From the IMG/VR virus record IMGVR_UViG_3300021560_000055, positions 1 to 30,924 of that record: a stretch of 30,924 nucleotides of DNA, one strand, 5' to 3'. Below, in pieces: positions 24,238-30,924 of the stretch; the first letter of the stretch is position 1, and the number at the start of each line of letters is the position of its first letter. The notes below the pieces were generated by a model, which was not told the DNA's origin, did not search any database, and saw nothing but the letters and a program-made list of their open reading frames with translations. The translations under genes and the position numbers were made by a program. The stretch comes from a virus (lineage: Duplodnaviria > Caudoviricetes).

Positions 24238-25071
24238 TTAGCTCGAACCGATCGTAATCGAAGACGTAATTTTGTAAGTCCCCTTCGGAAAAAAGACTGG
24301 ATTGCCGGTCGGTCCGGATACTCCCGCCTGCAATGCCGTTCGTGCTGCCACCGTGTCATCGGTCGTCCCGTTACCGGTGGCATTGAAGGGAGCGTCCTTC
24401 ACGTTGATCCAGGGAAAGATCTTCACCCATTGCGTCCCGCTGTTCAAATAAAGTCCGCCGCTGGTATCGGTGACCAACGCGAGCGTGCCCTGAACCGACG
24501 GCGGGATCAGCGGCAGACTGGCGAGCGGATAGCCCGGCGCAATGGGAATGACGGTGCCGGTGATGCTCGCAGCCGTAATATTGTCGGCGAAGATATTGGC
24601 GTAGGGCAACTGCTGCGAGCCGATGTTGAAGACGTGACCGGCGACCGGAAGGATGTTGGTCTGGAAAGGGCTCGCAACGATGCCGACTTGTTGCGGAACC
24701 AGATCGGTGATCGGAGCGAATTGGATATTGGACAGATCGTAGCTGGTTCCAAAAATCAGAACACCTTGGATGTCGGAGGTCACCACATTGTTCGGAGCAA
24801 TAATCACTTCGTAGGTCGTGTTGGCCGGAAGGATGGCGGGATTTCCCCAGACCAACAGCGGTCCACTGAGACTCTGATTCAACAATTGGCCGGAAGAAGA
24901 AATGCCGCCGATGACCTGCTGCGGGGCAAGAATATTCGTACCCGCCACCCGAAAGGCAATCGCGCTGATATTGGATTGTGGCGGAATGAGCCGGAAGGTG
25001 GCGGTGCCGCTGCTGGCGAGGTTACCACCGGCATCGGTAATCGTGGCCGTGACCGTGGTCTGTGTCGCCAT
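24238..25071 (-). CDS. Tailspike 2, N-terminal (virion-anchoring) part, stops prematurely
   Basis: Close paralogue of residues 1-~240 of tailspike 1. Ends at VFFPKGTYKITSSITIGSS-stop, at the start of a beta-helix. ATG 25071 overlaps the upstream stop. Confidence 0.75.
   Translation of the reverse strand: MATQTTVTATITDAGGNLASSGTATFRLIPPQSNISAIAFRVAGTNILAPQQVIGGISSSGQLLNQSLSGPLLVWGNPAILPANTTYEVIIAPNNVVTSDIQGVLIFGTSYDLSNIQFAPITDLVPQQVGIVASPFQTNILPVAGHVFNIGSQQLPYANIFADNITAASITGTVIPIAPGYPLASLPLIPPSVQGTLALVTDTSGGLYLNSGTQWVKIFPWINVKDAPFNATGNGTTDDTVAARTALQAGVSGPTGNPVFFPKGTYKITSSITIGSS
24350..25071 (-). repeat. Copy 2 of the duplicated tailspike N-terminal coding block
   Basis: Aligns by eye at DNA and protein level with 26840-27545. 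Confidence 0.9.
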
Positions 25072-27545
25072 CAGTCCACCTGATACCAAATGCTGTTGAT
25101 CAGGGCGAAGGAATGCGTCGTGCCCGCCGCGACCGCCAGATTTGCCGCTCCGCGCAGAAACAACTCCCCGGCAACGGCACCCACCGCATGCCCGAGCGTC
25201 AAGGCCGATTGAAACAGCAGGATGATGATCGAGCCGCTGGACCAATTGGTGGTGACGATGTTGTTGATCTGGGTCGTCCCGGTGATTTGAAACACATTCC
25301 CGGTGCCCAGGGTGATGGTCGCGGCGGAAGCGACATCACTGCCCTGCATGGTCAGAAGGCGATTATTGATGTTCGTCGGCCCGCCCACGACCACATTGCT
25401 GTTCAAGTTGGCCTGAGCCGTCGCCGTAAAACTACCGCTCACGGTCACCGTGCCGGTGGCATTGACCGAACCGCTCAGCACTGCCGGTCCATTCGCCGTG
25501 AGAGTCCCACCCGAGCCGACGCTCAGATTGCCAGCCACCGTCACATTGTTGTTCATGGCGGCGACACCCGTGACCGAGAGCGTGCTGGAAGCGGTCAGAG
25601 CGCCGGTGGACGTCAACGTTCCGGATGCCGTCAGAGCGCCGCCGCATACCGTTCCCATCGCATCGGCATCGATTTGAACGGTATTGGTATTCGAGAGGAA
25701 CAGCAGCCGCTTCGACGTGCTGTCCGTCGCTACACCGTTAATCGTGGCAAGATTGGGTAAATGCAAGCCGCCGAAAACGCTGTTGCCATTCGCTGCGTCA
25801 AACGTGCCGATACCGAGATTTCCCAGCACCTTGTTGAAATTCAGGAAGTTCTGGAATCCGGTGGTGCTCATCGTCGCGCCCTGTTCGGTGAATGCGCAAC
25901 CCAGAAACACCAAACCCTGGCAGGAACTGTCCACATCCACGGCGATGCCGCTCGTGCCAAAGAAACGGTAGGTGTCGATCATGCAGCCCCGAACGTTCCG
26001 CAGCAGAATCCCGTTCGGGCAACCGCTTTCCGCCACACAGTTCCGGAGGGTGAGATCAAAAATCATGTCGCCGCCACTGGCCTGGATATTGAAATGATGT
26101 CCAGCCTGACCGGATTCCCAGCGGCAATTATCGAACCGGATGGTCGGTCGCGTGTGCGGACCAGGTCCGACGCCGGTCGATATCCATTTGAACGCGTCGA
26201 CACCACCGATCCAGTCGTTATAACCTCCAAAGAAGATGCTGCCGGCCACGATTTCCTGCTGCGCTTCGATAACGGGGTGGGCGTTGCCGCCGACGAGAAA
26301 CAGGTTCTCGAAGTTGAAGAGGTCCGTGTCGTTACTATTGACGAACGGATCTTTACCGAGCAGGATCGGGCGATTGGCCCAAACCGTGACCCGGTTCAAG
26401 TGGATGGCCTGGTGACCATTCGTCTGGATGCCGATGGACGCTTTTGTCGTATCGCCCCAGTAGAACGCACCGCCCGGCGTATCTGTCGCCGTTCCGGTGA
26501 TCGCGACATCTTCGACCTTGAATTGAGCGACCGCGACGAGATTCAGCGCCGTTTTCACAAAGGCCGTATCGGTGGAATAAAACGAGATTCCGGAAATCCC
26601 GCCAAAGGTGTTATCGGAATCGTTCGGGCGAGAGACCTGAAAACAAGTACCGTTGGCCGTAGGCAAGAATAGCCATTGGGTCGCCCCGATACCCGCCCCT
26701 TGGGTGTAGATGTTGTTTCCCGTCTGGGTAATCTGGGACGTGGTCTTGTACATCCCCGGGGGAAAGTAGACCGTGGCGCCGCCGACGAAGGCGGAGGTAT
26801 TGGCCGCCGCCGCCGCCGTGTAGGCCGCCTGGATCGCCGCCGTATCGTCATGCGTTCCGTCCCCTCTGGCGTTGAAGGGGGCATCCTTCACGTTGATGAG
26901 GGGGAACACTTTCACCCACTGCGTGCCGCTGTTCAGATAGAGTCCGCCGGTCGTGTCGGTCACCGTGGCGACGGTCCCCTGGGCCGATGGCGGTATCGCC
27001 GGAAGACTGGCAAACGGGAAAGCGGGGGTGATCAAGGTGCCGGTGATGCTCGCGGCGGTAATGTTGTCGGCGAAGATGTTGGCGTACGGGAGCTGCTGCG
27101 AGCCGATATTGAAGACGTGTCCCGCGGACGGAAGGATGTTGGTCTGAAAAGGATTCGCGACGATCGAGGCCTGCTGCGGCACCAGGTCCGTGATCGGCGC
27201 GAACTGGATGTTGGAGAGATCGTACGTGGTTCCGACAATCAGAACGCCCTGCACATCGGCACTCACGACGTTGTTGGGCGCGATCACGATGTTATACGTG
27301 GTGTTGGCGGGAAGGATCGCGGGATTGCCCCAGACGAGCAAGGGTCCCGTCAAGTTCTGATTCAGGAGTTGCCCCGAGGAGGAAATGCCGCCGACGACCT
27401 GCTCCGGGGCGATGACATTGGTGCCCGCGATCCGAAAGACCACCCCGTTGGATTGCGGAACGATCTTGAAGGTCACGGTGCCGGACGTGGCGGGATTGCC
27501 CCCGGCATCGGTAATCAGTCCGGTCACCGTGGTTTGTGTCGCCAT
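25071..27545 (-). CDS. Tailspike 1 (824 aa): anchor domain, pectate-lyase-3-type beta-helix, Thr/Gly-rich repeats and C-terminal fibre domain
   Basis: NVKD..F.A.GDG..DDTAAIQAA...VYFPPG.Y motif, repeated G.LT..G strands and a G.DVASAATI.L..G..F.ITGTT.I C-domain. Confidence 0.85.
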   Translation of the reverse strand: MATQTTVTGLITDAGGNPATSGTVTFKIVPQSNGVVFRIAGTNVIAPEQVVGGISSSGQLLNQNLTGPLLVWGNPAILPANTTYNIVIAPNNVVSADVQGVLIVGTTYDLSNIQFAPITDLVPQQASIVANPFQTNILPSAGHVFNIGSQQLPYANIFADNITAASITGTLITPAFPFASLPAIPPSAQGTVATVTDTTGGLYLNSGTQWVKVFPLINVKDAPFNARGDGTHDDTAAIQAAYTAAAAANTSAFVGGATVYFPPGMYKTTSQITQTGNNIYTQGAGIGATQWLFLPTANGTCFQVSRPNDSDNTFGGISGISFYSTDTAFVKTALNLVAVAQFKVEDVAITGTATDTPGGAFYWGDTTKASIGIQTNGHQAIHLNRVTVWANRPILLGKDPFVNSNDTDLFNFENLFLVGGNAHPVIEAQQEIVAGSIFFGGYNDWIGGVDAFKWISTGVGPGPHTRPTIRFDNCRWESGQAGHHFNIQASGGDMIFDLTLRNCVAESGCPNGILLRNVRGCMIDTYRFFGTSGIAVDVDSSCQGLVFLGCAFTEQGATMSTTGFQNFLNFNKVLGNLGIGTFDAANGNSVFGGLHLPNLATINGVATDSTSKRLLFLSNTNTVQIDADAMGTVCGGALTASGTLTSTGALTASSTLSVTGVAAMNNNVTVAGNLSVGSGGTLTANGPAVLSGSVNATGTVTVSGSFTATAQANLNSNVVVGGPTNINNRLLTMQGSDVASAATITLGTGNVFQITGTTQINNIVTTNWSSGSIIILLFQSALTLGHAVGAVAGELFLRGAANLAVAAGTTHSFALINSIWYQVD
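26840..27545 (-). repeat. Copy 1 of the duplicated tailspike N-terminal coding block
   Basis: See copy 2 at 24350-25071. Confidence 0.9.
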
Positions 27546-27560
27546 GGAACCGACTCGACG

Positions 27561-27875
27561 CTACTCGAAATAGATCAAGAGGCGGCCGTGCGCCAGATTC
27601 GGTACCGAGGTGCCCGCGCTATTGGTCGTCGTCAGCGGCACCAGCACCCCATACACCCACCCCATCCGGCCCGTGCGGACGGTCGTGAAATCGCTGTCGG
27701 CCGTCAAAAACGCAATCGTGCGGCCATATCGGTTCTGCACTTCCACCACATCGCTGGTCGTCGCGGAACTGTAATCGATCCACTCGATCTGGACGTGCGG
27801 CATATTGCCCAGATAGAGCGGCGTCGCCGACGGCGTGTCGATGGACCACGGATTGGTCGACAATTGATTGGCCAT
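27561..27875 (-). CDS. Small beta-rich virion protein (104 aa)
   Basis: AGGA SD, MAN start and position two genes after the capsid gene. Confidence 0.65.
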   Translation of the reverse strand: MANQLSTNPWSIDTPSATPLYLGNMPHVQIEWIDYSSATTSDVVEVQNRYGRTIAFLTADSDFTTVRTGRMGWVYGVLVPLTTTNSAGTSVPNLAHGRLLIYFE

Positions 27876-27884
27876 CCGTCTTTC

Positions 27885-28271
27885 CTAGCGCAGATCCAGA
27901 TATCCGGACATGAACAAATACAACGTCGTCGTCGCCGCCAGGGCGGTCAGGGTCGGCGTCACGCCCAGTGAAATCCGCAGCGGCGGAATAAACGGCTGCG
28001 GAAACAGCGGGACCACCGAGCCGCCGGATGCCGGGCAGGGAATCGTGGCCACAATCGCCGTCCCATCCTTCAACTGCACGGCCGTGGCCGTCGCGGCGGT
28101 ATTCGTGCACTGGATCGTGGCAATGTACATGGCGTAGTTGGCGGGAACATTGATCGGCCCGGCCGGTTTATAGATCTGCATGGGCACGGCGGTGGCGGCA
28201 GCGGTCGAGGCGTTGGAGATGAAGGCATTCGCCGTTTTTGAAGAGGGATTCGGAACTGCCCAGTCCGCCAT
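27885..28271 (-). CDS. Small beta-rich virion protein, possible capsid decoration/spike base (128 aa)
   Basis: AAGGAG SD before ATG 28271. Ala/Thr-rich strands. Lies immediately after the MCP gene. Confidence 0.65.
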   Translation of the reverse strand: MADWAVPNPSSKTANAFISNASTAAATAVPMQIYKPAGPINVPANYAMYIATIQCTNTAATATAVQLKDGTAIVATIPCPASGGSVVPLFPQPFIPPLRISLGVTPTLTALAATTTLYLFMSGYLDLR

Positions 28272-28273
28272 GG

Positions 28274-29176
28274 TTATGCTCCTTTCGACCCGAACGCCCC
28301 GTGCCAGTACCACGCCCCGGTGCTAAATCTAAAAAAGGTGCTGAAATTCGCGCCCTTCGTGAAAAAGTCATCCTGATTATCGAAGGCCGGCTGCTCTCTC
28401 CAGAAGAACTGCAGATGGTGCCGGCTCTTTTCGGCCGTGGCAAACCACGCCGTCTTCGAGGTGAGATAGTGGTTCATCACCGGCTCGACCCGCCCCTGCA
28501 TCACGTTCACGTCGTTATCGCCGGTTTGGGGTTTGTAGGCCGAATTCAAGATCTCGCCGGCGATGAACTGCAGATCCGGCGGGATGACGAGCGTCGTCAG
28601 CATCAGCCGCTTGATCAATCCGCGCTCATTCACGCTCTTCTCGGCCAGGAGCACCACTTCCTGCATGCCCGAGATCGAGAGCGAAATATCGGTGGCGGCC
28701 CGGTTGGAGTAGGTGCCGCCACCAAGCAGTGGGTGAGCGGTATTGAAGAGTGTGACGCCATCGACGGTCAAGGTGCCCGTCGTGGCGGTAAAACCGTTGT
28801 TCAGCACATTGGCGAACGTCGCCTCGATGGTTTGTTTGATGGAGGAGGAGAAATCGCTGCCGACCTGCTTGATCTTGCCGTAGAGGTCGTCGGAATACGC
28901 TTCGCGCGTGACCTGGAACCCCAGCGCGTAGGATTGATGCGTCAGCCGGAACGAACCACCCTGGATCGGGTCGTCCATCTTCAAGACTTCGCCTTCGGGT
29001 TTGGTCGGCACGGCCCCCAGACCGGCCATGAGGATCTCTTCTTCGTACGCTCGGGACGACGGGCCGACGTTGGCGATCTGGGAATACTCTTCCGGCTGGG
29101 CGTCGAGGTCTTCGTAGATGATGTTGTGCAGGCCCGGCGCCAGTAACTGTGCAAATTGTCCGCGTGTTGTCGCCAT
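28274..29176 (-). CDS. Major capsid protein (Mu gpT-like HK97-fold family)
   Basis: MA..R.QF..LL.PGL, S.RAYEE.....G.G....K.EG, YALGF..TREA..DDLY, DGV.LF...HP, L.IPP.L and YLT...AWF motifs. GGGAG SD. Confidence 0.9.
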   Translation of the reverse strand: MATTRGQFAQLLAPGLHNIIYEDLDAQPEEYSQIANVGPSSRAYEEEILMAGLGAVPTKPEGEVLKMDDPIQGGSFRLTHQSYALGFQVTREAYSDDLYGKIKQVGSDFSSSIKQTIEATFANVLNNGFTATTGTLTVDGVTLFNTAHPLLGGGTYSNRAATDISLSISGMQEVVLLAEKSVNERGLIKRLMLTTLVIPPDLQFIAGEILNSAYKPQTGDNDVNVMQGRVEPVMNHYLTSKTAWFATAEKSRHHLQFFWREQPAFDNQDDFFTKGANFSTFFRFSTGAWYWHGAFGSKGA

Positions 29177-29185
29177 GCTCGCTCC

Positions 29186-29800
29186 CTATTGGAACAACTG
29201 TTGACAGGGGCGGGTGAACCGCCAGGCCACCCGGCCCCCGGTCGTGCCGACGCCAAAGGCGCCGACCCCGATGGGATCGATCAACTCGGTCACCTCCGCG
29301 CAGGCCCCCGTGGCCGGGGTGGTGATGGTCGTATCGACAAACCACTGGCCCGTGGTCGCATCCTTGGTGAGGCCGAAAACCGAGCCGACATCCGTCGCCG
29401 CCAGCACGTGCGCCGCGTCGGTCACCGCGTCAAAGATCGTGCTATCGGAGGCCAGAATGACCCCGAGGGTCCCATCCATCGGCGGCGCCCCGATGGGGAT
29501 GTTGACGGCGGCGGGCTGGTTGGGGACGCGGCCATAGATGATCGAGGAGCCGCCAAAGGGCGCCGTGCCGGCGGTCGCGAGGTTATCGCCCGCCTGCGAC
29601 GAGACGCCGGCCAAGAGCGTCGGTGCCGCAATCGTGCCGGCGGCCTGGACAAAACCCGCCACAATCTGGACGATGGTGCCAAACGCCAGCGTTTGCAGAG
29701 CCGCCTGCGGCAATCGCATCGATAGGGGCAGCGCGTCGCCCGGTCCCCCGATCACCTTGAATACGGTGATGGGCTGCGCCGCCGTATTGGTTCCGGCCAT
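29186..29800 (-). CDS. Capsid cement/decoration-type protein (204 aa)
   Basis: AGGAGG SD. Ala/Gly/Thr-rich with a G..V....G.V..A.......GV pattern. Lies directly upstream of the MCP gene. Confidence 0.6.
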   Translation of the reverse strand: MAGTNTAAQPITVFKVIGGPGDALPLSMRLPQAALQTLAFGTIVQIVAGFVQAAGTIAAPTLLAGVSSQAGDNLATAGTAPFGGSSIIYGRVPNQPAAVNIPIGAPPMDGTLGVILASDSTIFDAVTDAAHVLAATDVGSVFGLTKDATTGQWFVDTTITTPATGACAEVTELIDPIGVGAFGVGTTGGRVAWRFTRPCQQLFQ

Positions 29801-29836
29801 TCACGGCCTCCTGTCAGCAAAAAAGGTTGTCGAGAC

Positions 29837-30289
29837 TTACGAATGGATGATGTGGCCGGCCTTGTCGCGCTCAAAGACGGGAATCCCGAGTTTGGCGGCG
29901 TCGGACTTGAATCCCTCTTTACCGGCATTGACCATCCGGCGGGACTCTTCCACATTCATCTGGCAATAGAACTCGTAATCGATCCGCGGGATCTGGACCA
30001 GGATAACATCCCCGGTCCGATAGAACCCGTCGTCCGAGATCGGGACCACGGTATCGATCAGGCGTCGCGCTTCGGGCTTTTTCGGATCTTCGTGCACGAT
30101 TTCAAAGCCGAGATGCTTGTGGAGCGCGCGGTCATAACGGTCGTCGCGGGCCCATTTCACATACATGTCGGGATTGCGGTGCCGGGCGTAAATCCGACTC
30201 AAGCTCGAGCGTCGGCGGAGTTCCTCATAGCGGCGCCGACGTTCCTCGTCGGTCATGGGTTTGAAGGCGGGCTCCTGCGGTTCTGGCAT
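29837..30289 (-). CDS. Head-module protein (150 aa)
   Basis: Y.KW.R......GFE.V...GD.IL..IP pattern. TGATG-coupled to the scaffold gene. Confidence 0.65.
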   Translation of the reverse strand: MPEPQEPAFKPMTDEERRRRYEELRRRSSLSRIYARHRNPDMYVKWARDDRYDRALHKHLGFEIVHEDPKKPEARRLIDTVVPISDDGFYRTGDVILVQIPRIDYEFYCQMNVEESRRMVNAGKEGFKSDAAKLGIPVFERDKAGHIIHS

Positions 30290-30924
30290 CAGCCGGCCTT
30301 TCCTGGGGGAACGGGACGTTTGCGGGGCTTGCGGGAATCGAACGTCAGGGGCAGGGCCCCCTCGGTGTCTTCATAGCGGGCGGCCGCTTCCCGGTAGCGG
30401 TCGTCGGTCAAATCGAATTTGCGCGCGATGCCTTTCTCTTCATCCGAGAGCACGCGCGGTTTCGGGGCATCGGCCCCCTTGGGGGTGGATTTTTCCACCG
30501 GGTTCTCGACTTTCTTGCGGGCTTCGGTCGCGGCCTCGACGGCCAGTTCGTCGGCATGGAGGCCCTTGACCTGGCGGTAGGCGATCTCCCAGTTGCCCGG
30601 ATCCGTCAAGCGGTCTTCGGTAAAACCCGACATCATCGACTCGACCTCCGTCGCCCAGCGCCCCCAGTCCTTATGATTGGACGCCATCGCGATCTTGCAC
30701 GAATTGACGAGCGCCGGGGCAATCGAGCGCATCGCCTGATCGGCGGCGTTGGCGACGAGCGGCTTCACGGTCCGCTCAATCGAGCCCTTGGGGTCGCCGA
30801 AGAGGTCGAATTTGTCGTCTTTCTCCGCCGGTTTATCGGCGGGCTTTTCGGCCGGCCGGTTCGTCAGCTCGCGGGCGCGGGTGAGGATGATCTGTTCGCG
30901 GCGCTGGTAGTAGGCGGCAATCTC
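30289..30924 (-). CDS. Capsid scaffolding protein, 5'-truncated by the window edge
   Basis: Frame is open to the window end. Charged helical protein with a C-terminal LS.EE..IA.KF.LT...Y helix-turn-helix typical of scaffolds. Confidence 0.7.
   Translation of the reverse strand, partial: EIAAYYQRREQIILTRARELTNRPAEKPADKPAEKDDKFDLFGDPKGSIERTVKPLVANAADQAMRSIAPALVNSCKIAMASNHKDWGRWATEVESMMSGFTEDRLTDPGNWEIAYRQVKGLHADELAVEAATEARKKVENPVEKSTPKGADAPKPRVLSDEEKGIARKFDLTDDRYREAAARYEDTEGALPLTFDSRKPRKRPVPPGKAG

Noticed and set aside
24350-27545. Duplicated tailspike block as a DGR template/variable repeat pair or invertible cassette
   Set aside because: Differences are mostly synonymous rather than adenine-specific, both copies are coding and in direct orientation, and no reverse transcriptase or invertase is in the window.
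29801-29836. T-tract on the minus strand as an intrinsic terminator
   Set aside because: No adequate GC-rich hairpin precedes it.

Overview
This is an internal fragment of a GC-rich, podovirus-type (short-tailed) phage or prophage genome with two convergent, tightly packed arms. The + arm (1-6939) carries recombination and accessory genes: a single-strand annealing protein, a PD-(D/E)xK exonuclease, RusA, a signal-peptide-bearing beta-helix protein, several small proteins and a GroES-domain protein. The - arm (30924 to 6858) is the virion operon: scaffold, decoration protein, major capsid, tandem tailspikes, DUF1360, adaptor, tail fibre, KTSC, a gp10-like hub, GNAT and three ejection proteins in P22-like order. 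It ends in a three-gene cassette of an HExxE metalloprotein, a small low-complexity protein and a divergent PurD-like ATP-grasp ligase. Main oddities: (i) that terminal ligase cassette; (ii) a second tailspike gene broken by a ~220-nt GC-rich, potentially structured segment that brings its own stop, RBS and start; (iii) an antisense HNH endonuclease cassette flanked by 6-bp direct repeats whose removal restores a clean stop-start junction; (iv) two small basic genes nested inside another ORF; (v) an apparently split tail hub with Ig-like and carbohydrate-binding insertions. I saw no tRNA, rRNA, CRISPR array, integrase, terminase or portal gene. All family assignments come from motif recognition by eye, not database searches.
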